NCBI RefSeq assembly: GCF_000143415.4
Contig: NW_003314266.1
Location: forward strand, 704,463-768,462
Direction: 5' to 3'
Length of the DNA stretch: 64,000 nucleotides
Source: Selaginella moellendorffii
Taxonomy: Eukaryota; Plantae; Lycopodiophyta
How positions within the stretch are numbered: the first letter of the stretch is position 1; every line of letters begins with the position of its first letter. This document shows, one piece after another, positions 1 through 12,974 of the stretch. The notes under the pieces were generated by a model. That model searched no databases, had not been told where the DNA came from, and saw only the letters and a list, made by a program, of their open reading frames with translations. A program made the position numbers and the translations under genes.

Positions 1-1219
1 AAGTCGAGTTTGCTGAGATCCGTTTGCGCGGCTACTTTGTTGGGATTATGTGGCCTTATGGTTCCGGCGTCTAAAGCTGTCATCCCACAGCTCGACTCCA
101 TCATGTTAAGAGTGGTTTCTCAAGATAGTCCCTCGGAAGGCAAAAGCCTATTTCAGGTACGTCGCATTCATTTCCGGTCTTCGATAAAGACCTTGACCTG
201 TTCCCTGCAGATGGAAATGGCAGAGTTGAAGACTTTGTTACTTGAGACAACTCGGAGAAGTCTTGTCCTTGTAGATGAGCTTTGCAAGGGAACCGACGTA
301 CAGAAAGGGACTTGCATATTGGCCAGTGTTCTGGAGAATTTTGACAGGCTCGGCTGCCTGGGAATTGTCTCTACTCACCTTCATGGGCTTCTAGATATGA
401 AGCTCGACACCAACAATGTCGTCTTGAAAGCAATGGGGACAAGAAAGGTATTACAAGGCGGGCTACAACCGACCTGGGAGCTCATCGATGGAGAATGTAG
501 GGAGAGCTTGGCTTTCGAGACCGCGAAAGGGGAAGGTGTGACGGAAGAGATTTTGGACAGAGCCAAGGAATTATACGAAGAGATGCAGAAGAAACATCTG
601 TCGCAAAGTAAGCCGATGGTAGACGGTAATGAAGTGCGCCATGAAAGTACTCTTGACAGCAACGCAGCTGCGTCATCAGTACCACGCGTCCAAGGTTCGC
701 AGTTCTTCTGTTTGAATGTGCCATTGCTTTGTATTCGTATTTGGTTGCTATAGGTGCGAGAAATCTGAAGGATCTGGAACAAGAAGTTTTGAGGATCTGC
801 AAGGACCAGCTGAATGGAACTTTCGTTCTCTCTAGCACTTGTTATTTCGTTGGCGCGCGCCAGCAACCTCCACCCTTCACTTCGAATCACTCTTGCGTCT
901 ACATTCTTCAAAGACCAGACGGAAAGTTTTACGTTGGACAGGTACCATTAGTATTCCTCTTCTCATGTTTGTGCTGATTGGAGTTTCCTATTTTTTGCCA
1001 CAGACGGATAATCTATCTGGACGAATTGCTTCACATCGTACGTCTATGGGACTAAAGCAGGCACCTTTTTTATACTTGCCAGTGTCCAACAAGAGTGTGG
1101 CTTGTCAGTTGGAGACCGCTCTTATTACACAGCTCACGCAACAGGGATTAAACCTCGTGAACAAAGTTGATCAAAGGCATAAGCATTTTGGGATCAGCCC
1201 AGTCGAGGCTCCATTTTGA
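1..1219 (+). CDS. MSH1: 3' part of organellar MutS homolog MSH1 (MutS domain V ATPase + C-terminal GIY-YIG endonuclease); exons ~1-156, 211-694, 754-941, 1004-1219
   Basis: SLLRSVCAATLLGLCGLMVPA, DSPSEGKS.FQ.EM, SLVLVDELCKGT, IVSTHLH, CRESLAFETA are MutS V motifs of plant MSH1 type. SCVYILQRPDGKFYVGQTDNL.GRI..HR is GIY-YIG. GT-AG introns 157-210, 695-753 and 942-1003 join the ORFs in frame. Confidence 0.93.
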
Positions 1220-2058
1220 GCCAGCGAGTCAGCAGTTTTTGCCCGGAGTAACTTACTTATAAGAGATTTTATATACATATTGCGAGCTTCTAAGATTTTT
1301 GAGGTGAACTTTCAAGTTTTTAAAGATAATACACATATTTTTCTTCTTGTATGCTCAATCTATCAGCAGTAGTGGTTGCCACCAGATTAGCGGCACCAGG
1401 AGGAAAATGATGAAGCCAACGTTCCAACCGGACTCGTCCCATTGGTCGGTGTTGGGCGCTACATATACTTCCGCTAATTCCGAAGGGGAGCTATCATCGC
1501 AAGTGCACATAAGCTGGACCACCAAGAGCATAAAGAGCGGGACCACAAGAGCTGCGACAGCGAAATCTTGGAGAAACCTCTACAGCAGCAGTGCAAATCG
1601 CTCGAGGACGAGTTATAGTGATCCATACAAACTATTTAACCGGAAAGCTTTGAGAAGAAAACTACGCAAGCTCATAGCATTTCTTTTGCAAGCCAACTTA
1701 GAAGACCACGAGGACTCAGAATGAAGAGGAAAAGCAGCGGTGCGTTGGTCGGTGCCGTCGTCGGCTCCACTGACTCGCGGAGAAAAAAGCTTGCTCGAGG
1801 TACAATAGAAAAAAAGGGAAACTAATCAGTGTAAACTAATAGCATTGTTTTCAAGCGTGTCATGCTAGTGGTACATCAAAAGATTTAGAATTCCAGTTTT
1901 TCGGTAGAGCTAATGCAGACGTGAAAGAACTCGTAAACTTCGTTTATGGTTTATCAATTGAACTTCAATTGTCTTCCAGACTTGACTGAGAAACGTTTTC
2001 TCGCCTTTAAAGCCAATTGTTGGACCCAGGTTTTTGCTCATCTCTATCGTTTGCAAAC

Positions 2059-5000
2059 ATGCTGATGTGCAAGGTATTACCAAACATCGGCTACTCGACA
2101 GCTTCGAATGCAACGTTCGCACCACCAAATCCAGTTTTTAGTGGACCACAAAAGACAAGGTTGAGAACATCGATTTTATCTTGTATCGCGGAAGTTGGTC
2201 CTGCAAAAAGTTCATCAAGCCAACACGTACGTACACATTTTCTTTTTCACTTCTATCAAAATGTTTGTGGTCACAGAAGCTCGAGAGAATCACTAGATCC
2301 ACTGTCAGCGAGGATGTACAACGAAAGCGTCGACTAGAACTAGTAGACGCTGTTCGAACGATGTTCCGCTCCCTGGGAGATGGAAACATATCAAGATCTG
2401 CGTATGATACTGCTTGGGTAGCACGCGTTCCTGCACTCGATGGAAGCAACTCACCACAGTTTCCAATGTGTCTTGACTGGATCATCAAAAACCAGTTCGA
2501 AGATGGCTCCTGGGGTGACAAAGACTTGTTCTTCACCTACGAACGCGTGTGTTCTACACTGGCATGTGTTATATCGCTCAAGATCTGGAACACACAAGAG
2601 AAGCATATCGAAAAAGGTGAGAAGAAAGAAGTCATGATCGTCTAAAAGTTTTCTCAAGCAGGACTTGAATTCATCCGGAGAACAATGCCCACGCTGGAGA
2701 CGGAGGAGAGTGCACACATGCTGATAGGATTTGAGATCGTCTTCCCGGCAATGCTAGATGAAGCTATGGAGCTGGGACTGGACCTCGACTACTCGTCTCC
2801 AGTCGTGCACAAGTTCCATGCTGAGAGAGAGAAGAAGCTCCAGAGGTTTGTGGATCCTGGTTTTTTTGTTTCACTTACAAGTGTTCTCCTAGGATATCGT
2901 TGGATGTCCTCCAAACTCATCCCACGCCTCTGCTATACTCGGTCGAAGGACTCCATAAGAGCCTTGACTGGCACAAAGTTGTAAAACTGCAGTGTTCAGA
3001 TGGTTCTTTGCTTTCCAGTCCCTCGTCTACGGCGTGTGCTCTCATGTACACTGGAAACGAGAAGTGCCTGCAATACCTCAACAACATTCTCGAGAGATAC
3101 AAAGATGCAGGTTCGATAAAAAAAACTATGAAAGTCTAAACTCTAAGAAAGTGTCTTCAAACAAAAGCAGTACCAAACACGTACCCGGTAGATTTATTTG
3201 AACACATCTGGATTGTTGATCGCATAGAGAGGTTGGGAATCGCTCGGTACTTCACTCGAGAAATCAAAGATGCCCTGGACTATGTCTACAGGTTAACCTC
3301 GTAGACAATTGCGAAACAAATTCAATCTTTTATTGTGAATGAACAGAAATTGGACTGATAAAGGAATATCATGGGCCAGAGGTACACCTATTCAAGACGG
3401 CGACGACACTTCCATGGGCTTCATGGTCCTACGGAGTCACGGATACGATGTTTCTGCAGGTAAATACATGAAGAAACACTTGGCTGGCTGACGACTTAAT
3501 TTGCAGACGTCTTCAAGCACTTTCAGCATGAAAATGAGCACGGGTTCTTCTGCTTTGTCGGGCAAGTCAGTGAAGCAGTGACAGGAATGCTCGATTTATA
3601 CAAAGCCACGAAAGTTATGTTTCCAGGCGACGTGATTCTGCAAAAAGCGAGAGCATTCACCAGGAGTTTTCTGGATGAGAAACGGCGGAAGGGAGAGCTC
3701 AATGACAAGTGGGTTGTAACGAAAGATCTTCCCGGAGAGGTAAGAGTATGATGATTAATGAAGAGAATCTCAGTTGTTGTTTTCCTCAGGTTGAATTTGA
3801 GCTCGATAACCCCTTCCATGCTACTGTGGAACGAATCGCTACGAGAAGCTACATCGATCAGTATGGAGTAGACGATGTTTGGATCGGGAAGAGCCTCTAC
3901 AGGTAGATGAACTAAATTCCTTGTCTTTGATCACTGCCTGACTCCAACGTTACCTTTAAAAGAATGCCGTTCGTAAACAACCCAGTCTTTCTCGAGCTCG
4001 CAAAGCTGGATTTTAATACGTGCCAGGCATTTCACAAACAAGAGTTTAAGCAGTTGGAAAGGTAATCAAACTACAACCAACTGGGCGTAATCACGTTGAT
4101 CTTGTTGCAGATGGTATGCTGAAAGTAGCTTCCGAAAATTTGGATGCTATCACAGAGACCTCGAGCGATCGTTTTTTGGAGCAGCAGCGACAATCTTTGA
4201 ACCAGAGCTAGCGACTGCAAGGGTTGTGTGGTCGAAGTGTTCGTTTATAGCAAGCGTTATAGAGGAATACTTTCGGAGGGAAAGTTCCACAGTTGATCTC
4301 CAAGACCTCTTAAATGGTGTCCAAAGGTAAATTATATCGAATATGTGCATTGTTCTCTAATGATACTTTTCGTTGTGATGCTGTAGATGGGATCCCAGCT
4401 CTATGGAAGACTCCTCGGACGACGTCAAGCTGCTATTTATTGAGATCTTTCTGGAAGTCGAGAGCCAGAGCAAGCAATGCCTCAATTTTCAAGGCCGAAG
4501 TGTGAAAAACGAGCTAAGAAGGATTGTAAGTTATTCTTTTGTTTATCTTGATGAGTTTGAGAAATTTTACTCTTACTTTCCTGCAGTGGAGCAACTGGTT
4601 GTCCAGCCTGCTAGAGAAAACGAGGTGGCGGGTTTCCAAAAAACGTCCAACACTCGAAGACCATTTAAAAGCGTCAAAGTCGGACGTCGAACCTGCGGTT
4701 TATAGCACGATGTATTTCGTCAAAGAGAAGCTCGCAGCTGGAAAGCTCTACCAGTTTTCAAAGCTCTGCACTGTGATGAACTCGGCTATAACTTTGGAAC
4801 AAGACTTACAGGACGATGACAGTCCATTGAACAGCGTGAGCATTTATCTTGAAGAAAAACCTGGAACTTCCAAGGAGAGTGCCGTGGTTTACATCAGAGA
4901 GCTCTCAGAGGAGCTGATGAGGGAGCTTTTGCGTGAATCACTGTGTTGTGACGACGGTCTTCCATCAGCGTGCAAGCATCTCTTTCTGAATGGAGCTCGC

Positions 5001-5081
5001 CTCGCAAATTTCATGGTAGCAGCACGTCGAGAATTATCCATGGATGGCCATATACACAGACTTCTCTCTCAGCCATTCTGA
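2059..5081 (+). CDS. Multi-exon diterpene synthase (gamma-beta-alpha architecture), class II (CPS-type) cyclase with N-terminal transit peptide
   Basis: [91 protein letters not shown] (DxDD, 3396-3407), [14 protein letters not shown]. Many 45-60 nt GT-AG introns (e.g. 2227-2276). No class I DDxxD. Start codon inferred. Confidence 0.88.
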
Positions 5082-6619
5082 ACTTCCAAAAACAATAAAA
5101 TAATATGCCAAGATTTTCTTAATTGCGTTTCAAAGTTATTGAGATCAAGTCCTCGGTTCTAGCATTCTAAAAAAGCTCTAGGTACCACAAAGGTGTCCAG
5201 GTGCACAACGTTTTGTTCATGTCTGGCTGCTTGTTGCCACCATTGTGCTTTTAAGAGAAAAAGATAAGTAGAAGGTGTGATCTCTCCAACAGTTGATTTT
5301 ATAATCTTACTCGGGTGTGATATTCTAACATTGCAGAAGAAAGTCCAACTACTTCTTGTAGAAGAAGCTAACCAATATTGTAGTCAGTACTCATGGCCGT
5401 AATGCTCAAATAAAGATATTATTGCCTTTGAGTGCTTTCTTTTACAGGGTTAAAATATGATAATATGTACTAAAAAATGAAATAAAACAAACTAAAACTA
5501 CTTCTTCTTTCACAACATTCTAACTTGTAAAGAATCCAGTTTTTGAGGAACAAAGTGAAATTAAAATAAAGTAGTTGCACAACTCTTTAAAATGGTTAAA
5601 AAGTTTAACAATCTTTGCTAAAAACATTATTACTTTTATATATTGCATGATTATTTACAATTTAAAATGGTTTATCCTAAATATTAGAATGATTAGTTGT
5701 TTTTATCCATATAATATACTATTTTAACTTAAATTAGTTTATGAAAAAGGAAGTTTGGATTTATCTTTAACCTTCTGACTATGTTGGTGTCATTGTCATA
5801 AAATGGCTCCATGTTTTCCTCAATAGATTCAAAGTAATTGTCATTAAAGTCCCAATAGTGAAAGGTTATTGTAGAAAATCTTGAAATTGAAACTTTGGTG
5901 TAGGTAATGACATTTTTCATTTTTGATTTCTATAATAATTTTTGCTATATTATTAAATTGCAAACCTTTGTTTTGCTAAGTCCATCAATTTTATAGCCAA
6001 ATAGATATATTCCAAATTATGTATGATCAATGGATTTGCACACACTACTAGTGATACTTTTTGTAGACTAGTGGCAATTAGTGGCTTGCATGAAAGATTG
6101 TGATCCATTTGTTGTCATCAACCATGTTCTCTACCATAGCTATTAAGTGGTTAATAAGGTCATGTATGCACATTTACCAATCCTCAAGTTTACCTTTTTT
6201 GTTGGCGTAGGTATAAACTAGCATACAAAGTACAATGTCTACTTTATAATTTTGTAAGTTGTTCTTTTAAAAAAATTTAGTCCTTGTCATCTTAAGGAAC
6301 TTGATCACTTCCCACTTCATGTTAACTTTTTTAAATGTCATTATTTGGAAAAATTCATTAATCCCAAGTTTCATCACTTCTTGTTTATGTGAGACACAAA
6401 ATCCCTAGGCCCCAAAGTAGAGCCGGAAAGGGCGCCACGTGGTAGTGGCCGAAGCGAGAGCCAAACGAGCGTAACACGTTTGGACCAAAAGCTCCGACTT
6501 GAAAAGTCAAGAGCGGGAGTGGAACTCCCAACGAAGTGCTCGAGGAACGAGCACGAAGCGAGCAAAAGGCGAGGCTCCAAAAAGGGACCCAAAAGGACCA
6601 ACACATGACACGTGGGAGT

Positions 6620-7187
6620 GTCCGAGATGGACTCGAGTTGGAGTCCGAAGTGGAGTCCGAGATGGACCCGAGTTGGAGTCCGAAGTGGAGTCCGAGATGG
6701 ACCCGAGATGGAGTCCGAGATGGAGTCCGAAGTGGAGTCCGAGGTGGACCCGAGATGGACCCGAGTTGGAGTCCGAAGTGGAGTCCGAGATGGACCCGAG
6801 ATGGAGTCCGAGATGGAGTCCGAGATGGAGTCCGAGGTGGACCCGAGATGGACCCGAAATGGAGTCCGAGATGGAGTCCGAGATGGACCCGAGATGGAGT
6901 CCGAGATGGAGTCCGAGATGGACCCGAGATGGACCCAAGATGGAGTCCGAGATGGAGTCCGAGATGGACCCGAGATGGAGTCCGAGATGGAGTCCGAGAT
7001 GGACCCGAGATGGACCCCAGATGGAGTCCGAGATGGAGTCCGAGATGGAGTCCGAAGTCGAGACCGAGACCGGGACCGAGACCGAGACCGAGACCGAGAT
7101 CGGGACCGAGACCGAGACCGAGGCCGAGCCCGAGTCCGAGTCCGAGTCCGAGTCCGAGTCCGAGTCCAAGTCCGAGTCCGAGTCCGG
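6620..7187. repeat. Tandem 12-mer (GAGATGGAGTCC/GAGATGGACCC) and 6-mer (CCGAGA/CCGAGT) array inside LTR A; also at ~12565-13080 and inverted at ~19520-19995
   Basis: Directly visible; source of the many low-complexity ORFs (WSPR, ESES, RTRT) in the ORF track. Confidence 0.95.
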
Positions 7188-10100
7188 AGCCTGAGAGGGT
7201 GAAAGCCCAAAGCGTTCGTCTCCCAGACCCTGGGGGGTTTGGTGAGCTCCAAAAGTATAGTAGGGGGAGGACTGTAGTGGAGCCAGTTTGGCCAGGAAAG
7301 GCCAGTTTGGCCCAGGAAGGCCGGACCCAGTGTTGGGTGATGAGCTGCCCACTGGGAAGTCCAAGACTAGAGTGAACACGGACCGACAAGTGGGGTAGCT
7401 TGGTGAAGTGTTCAAGAGCCGGCTCTAGTTCCCCCGGGAGATCGATTGGCCGATGCTCCCAGTCCAAGTGTGGGTGGCACTACCTACTTGGATACCTGGT
7501 GTGGCTCAACGGAACCCGCTCTAAGCCCATGGCTAGAGCACCCAAGGGCAGAAGGCGAGGAGAGTACCCAGGTGGCTCGCGTAAGGCCACGGTGTTCCGA
7601 AATGTTGTCCCAAAGGCCCAGACTGTGGAAAGGAAGAGGAGCAGTCCTCTGGGGTAGTGACCAAGGACACAGTCGTGTGGTGAGGAAGTCCCAGAGGACC
7701 GTGGGACTTAGTGGTCGGGCCTGTGGGTCTCGATCCAGTGGCAGTGTTGGCAAACACAGCCAAGGACAGAAAGGGACTTGGTGGGGATCGGAACAGAGTT
7801 ATTGGGGAAGGCTATTCCCTATGTCTGTAGGCATCCTAAGGATGTTAAGGAGTGGATCTGGGATGACCACTCACGGATGGTTTGCCTAATCTTGGAGAGC
7901 CAAGACGGTGATGCAAGTGGTATTGGACTACCAGTGTGGCAAAGGTGATTGGGCATGGCCTTAGCGTAACGGGCTGCTATGTCGGTGGTACATTTAAGTG
8001 TTGGTCATGGGATCGGACACATGGAGCACTTGGACCAAGTGCAAATGTTGAGTGGCATGGATGCCATTCTCGGGGCTAGCAAGTCCCAAGTCCTGGATTG
8101 GACTTATGGAGGTTGTGAATGAGACTCCTCCAAGTGGTCAGAGGTGTGGTTAAGTGACTAAAGTAGAATGGAAAATTTAGTCGCTTACAATTTGGTATCG
8201 GAGCTGTTCCTTAGTCCAACTTTTATTGGTGCTCAAGTATATCACCACTAGTGTTGGCATCGGAAGGTCCGAGGAGTGGGCCTATCCTTGAGGAGTAGCA
8301 AGTCGGGAAGACATGGCTCTCCATTACAGTTCATGTATGAACTTGTAGACGAGGTGGTGGATAGAAAAGGGCCAATAATGGAACGACTTTGGGATCTTGG
8401 GAACAGTGCAAGGTTTTCCTCATTGAGTTGAGGATGTGATCCGGATGAGCATTTGTCTCAGCAAATTGGCTATGGTTGTTGTGGTAAACAACTAAAGTTG
8501 GGATCACGGGAAAGATAGAGACTCCAAAACAATAAAGGAGTCACAAAATTATCCTCATATAGTTGAGGTTGGTGCTCATGAATGTGAGACCAGAGGTAAT
8601 GACTGTGGGAGGTCAAATACGGAAGAGGACTCAAGTCCTTGAAATGGTAGCCAGGGCTACATTTAATAAATGCTGGAACAACCCAAAGAGTTGGGGGGTG
8701 TACTTAGGGATGAGTTGGTGTTCTCATCACATGGACAAGTAGTCCTAAGGGGCAAAGGTTGCCCCCAAAGAACAAAATCAAGTGTCGGAGTAACACTTGT
8801 GAAAATAGTCCTTTTGAGTAGGACAGGAATGCAAGAAGTGTATTCTAGTGAGCTAGTGCCTCACAAGTAGGACCTTACGGGTCTGTGGATTAACTAAGTC
8901 CAAAACTGCTGGATGACTCAAGTAGAGTCAACGGATGGTCCTAAAAGGACTGATGGAAGCATTTGGACTGAGGTGTGTTGTACCCCACAAAGGATGGGAG
9001 GGGATCATAGGATCCAAGGGTGAGAACAGAGGGTATCTCATCGATGGCAAAATGTGCCATGCTAAAGTTATGGGAAAGGTGTTCCCAGAAGAAAACAACT
9101 TTGACATAAAGTTGTGTGTGACCTCTATGGTGCAGTGCTAACGGATGGTTGGCATGAGAAAGAGCGGTGTTGGTCTTGGCAAAGACTTAGACACGAAGGG
9201 GAAATGTCATAGAGGTAGGCTCGTGGAGCCGATGGTGTGGAGACACCAAATGTGCCAAGGTGTGATACCTTGAGGCTATGTTGGTGGGTTCATGAGAACC
9301 CCTTGCCAAAGGAATCCCAATGGAAATGGGAATAGCATAGCCTAAGCTGCAGAGCATGCAGTTGGAGTGTGGTGACCCAGATAATGATGGAGGTGTGGAA
9401 GCACTAGCAATGAGTTGTAGGACTTGACAACTACAAGGCAACTAAGCAAGAGGTGCAAAATAACTAGTTAAACGGGTAGAAGGTAGCTACCCAAGACTTC
9501 TTAATAGCATAGGGAAGTTGGATATACCCTTACGGGGGATAAGTTGCTTGTGTTGCGATATAGTAAGTCAATGTCATAAAAGGAAATACTCATTGTCAAG
9601 AAAGCCATCATTGGGACACCCGAACACTCTAGAACACCAGAAGGTGGTGTTTGATGTCGTGAGGGCAATAGATAAAGCCCAAGGGACTAAGTCCCTAGCG
9701 AATGATGGATAGAAGGTGCTATCCAAATGTCCAAGGTTGCGGAGACAGGAGAGGACTGTCTACCCGAGTTGGACAAAGCCAAAAATGGAATTTTGGCAAG
9801 GCTAGTGATGGGCATGTAAAGGCCCATAAGCAACAACGTAATCCCGGTGTGTGGGATTATAGGGTGAGCATACCTGGATTGAGGAACCACTCCCTAGGCT
9901 ATTGGGTAGGTTCATCCCTAAGAATACTTGCTAAAGCATGATAGAAAGTGCAAAGCTATCCTCCTGGTCTGGAGGAGAATGACCAAAGGAAAGGTGTGAA
10001 GCCAAAAAGCAAGAAGTAAGGGGATAGAACCGAACCGTAGGAATCAAAGGGCATAACCAAGGTTGGTTATGCCAGCTGGGAGTGGAGAATCAAGTGGGGG

Positions 10101-12811
10101 CTCGAGGGTGTTGCCGCTAGCAACCGTGATGCCATGGAGAGTCTAAAATATGGAATTGTCCATGTTAGACTATGTGGCATTTGGAAGGCTTGCAAAAAGG
10201 GAGGCCTTAGCAAGCTGAGGGACAGAGTTCCTTCAAGGTTCCCAAAGACGATTCTAGGTAGCTTAGTACCTAGAAAGGCCAAGTGTAAATGGTTCATGGA
10301 ACGCGCGAAATCAGAGTGGCGCAGCAGAAGCGTGGTCTTGAAGCTTGCCATGAGGCAAGGCTATCAAGGTTAGGGAAGTAGTTCCTGAGTGTTCAAAGAG
10401 AGGGCTTTGAACAAAAGTCGATGGTCAAGGACTTTCACGCTTATGCAGGAACCATGTTACAGTGGTCGGAGGACTTGCCAAGCGAGATTGGCACGTCGGG
10501 GGAACAAATACCCTAGTTGAAGGTGATAACTTCAAAAAGGGTGGGCCATGGGGCCGAGCATGGAGGAGTCCATGCATGATCACAGACATGTCAAGTGAGA
10601 GGACTTGGCAGTGTGGAGGAACTAGGCTCCTAAGCTGTGATCTGTAGCGCGCTTTAAAAATAAGTTGGTGCACCGGCGTGGGGAGTCACGCCAGGCATCT
10701 TGTGTGATGCCGTCCGTAGATGCATATACGGAGGTTGGGTTCGAGTCCCGACCCTCTAGTGCTTGGGTTCGAGTCCCAAATCACTAGGGCGTGGTGATGG
10801 TTTGGAATATGAGGACACTCATATTTCGGTGGTCATGGACTCTCAGTGGGGAGACTGGTTTGGGCACACCGCCAAGCGAGGGATGCCTCGGAGTCGTGAT
10901 GCACGGTTAGATTGCTTAGTGTGAAAGCTCGGCATATCTAACTTGAACGCTTTGGTGCGAGTGGCACCAAGGACGTGGTGAGTGAGATGGGGACACCTAA
11001 TCTCAGTTGCTATGGACCCTTGGCCGGAAGGGCTGGCTTGGGCGCACCGCCAAGTGTGGGGGATGCCCCCGGGGTCGTAGTTAACAAATTAAAGGTCTGG
11101 AAGACCTAGTACCTATTGGCAAACCTGTTAAAGTGCCGAGGTGAGATCACTAGGTGATCTTGTGGCTAAATAAGGACAAGGTCCTTGTTTGGGTTAAGGA
11201 ATAAGGTTCCTGTTGATTTGAACTATTGATGATGGTGTGGCTTGGTCAAGGTGACCAAGTGGGAAAAGCACCCTAGGGAAATGAGCTATGTCATTGCGAT
11301 GGCATAGTGTGTCCAAGGAAAGTAGTCTCTAAAGAGACCCATGGGAGGGTCACAAAGTTGGGCCGTGGATAGAGCCCACAGCAGAAGATGCTAAAGAGAC
11401 TTACTAGGGGCGAACACCCTAGTCTTGGCAAAGCAGAGCCTTTGCTAAGGAATCACAAGAATACCTCAAGGAGGGAGGTAGAGATTCGATATTGCTTGGT
11501 GCAACAATCAACGGATAGGAGCAAAAGATGAGTGGCCAAGATAGGGCCGTGGAATCCCTTGGAAGGAATCCAAGTGACAAAGTTAGGCGAGGAACACTAA
11601 TGTGTTGGACGCTAACAAATTCCGGAAAAGGAAGTGTGTTTCCAAGGATGAATTCCGAATTGCTCTGATTTGGCGAAAGTGGAAGCTCCAAGGGAGGGAG
11701 CGGTAAGGTAGCCAAATGATAGGGCCATGGACAGCCCTAGCACAAAGTATGATAAATGGAACTTAGTGCCCAAGGTGGCACGAAATAGAAGAGAGGATGA
11801 TGGTGCCCTCAAGTAATGAGCTTCCTAGGATGGGGAAGTGGAGTTGCACAATCTGTGCAATGCAAGGTGTTGGAGACACCTAGGAAATTGACTTCCAAAA
11901 GTCAAAAGAGTAAAAGTTCCAAGGTGCAAACGTTTAATAGATGGAAATTGAGACTACTTGAGAAGGAGTAGTGGGATTGACTTAGAGAAGGGTCTCTAAG
12001 AGGTTTAGCGAGAACTAAACCAATAAAAGGAGAGAACCACTACATGTGGTCCAATCAGTCTCTAACTTGGAGAGACTACCCCCCTTAGAGGATAGGTAAG
12101 GCATGGTGAGCCTTTGGTGTCAAACCATTGAGGAATATGCAAAAGGCATGGTGAGCCTTCAATGGCAAACCATTGACGAATATGGAGAAGGCATGGTGAG
12201 CCTTCAATGTCAAACCATTGACAAATATTGGCTAGGTGCCAAGGATGGAAATGGTAACACATGCGGGTGTTACTTTATAAAATGGTTTACCGTTCGATGA
12301 GGACATCGAACTTCGTCTATGGGTGGTGGAGTTGTGAGACACAAAATCCCTAGGCCCCAAAGTAGAGCCGGAAAGGGCGCCACGTGGTAGTGGCCGAAGC
12401 GAGAGCCAAACGAGCGTAACACGTTTGGACCAAAAGCTCCGACTTGAAAAGTCAAGAGCGGGAGTGGAACTCCCAACGAAGTGCTCGAGGAACGAGCACG
12501 AAGCAAGCAAAAGGCGAGGCTCCAAAAAGGGACCCAAAAGGACCAACACATGACACGTGGGAGTGTCCGAGATGGACTCGAGTTGGAGTCCGAAGTGGAG
12601 TCCGAGATGGACCCGAGTTGGAGTCCGAAGTGGAGTCCGAGATGGACCCGAGATGGAGTCCGAGATGGAGTCCGAAGTGGAGTCCGAGGTGGACCCGAGA
12701 TGGACCCGAGATGGACCCGAGTTGGAGTCCGAAGTGGAGTCCGAGATGGACCCGAGATGGAGTCCGAGATGGAGTCCGAGATGGACCCGAGATGGACCCC
12801 AGATGGAGTCC

Positions 12812-12911
12812 NNNNNNNNNNNNNNNNNNNNNNNNNNNNNNNNNNNNNNNNNNNNNNNNNNNNNNNNNNNNNNNNNNNNNNNNNNNNNNNNNNNNNNNNN
12901 NNNNNNNNNNN
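12812..12911. other. Assembly gap (100 N) in the tandem array of the 3' LTR
   Basis: Run of N. Confidence 1.
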
Positions 12912-12942
12912 CAGTCGAGACGAGCCCCGGGACCGAGACCGG

Positions 12943-12974
<32 letters not shown>

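Noticed and set aside
1355-1546. Small hydrophobic minus-strand ORF between MSH1 and TPS
   Set aside because: Could be an exon of a small membrane protein, but there is no recognisable motif or supportable gene model.
7186-7225. CTGAGA-GGGTGAAAGCCC-AAAG as a hammerhead ribozyme (retrozyme)
   Set aside because: It does not fit CUGANGA...GAAA, and the CTGA part is not kept in the related LTRs of B and C.
6374-7467. Long overlapping ORFs (RS/ES/WSPR-rich) here and at 12270-13379, 19225-20387, 48620-48941, 55002-55323
   Set aside because: Stop-free artefacts of 6/12-bp tandem repeats inside LTRs, open in most frames.
10733-10779. tRNA gene or SINE
   Set aside because: Only T-arm-like hairpins; no cloverleaf, clear A-box, tail or TSD.
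12100-12225. Three ~41-bp tandem repeats in element A; also a ~60-bp duplication at ~28446-28560
   Set aside because: Ordinary local slippage duplications with no sign of function.
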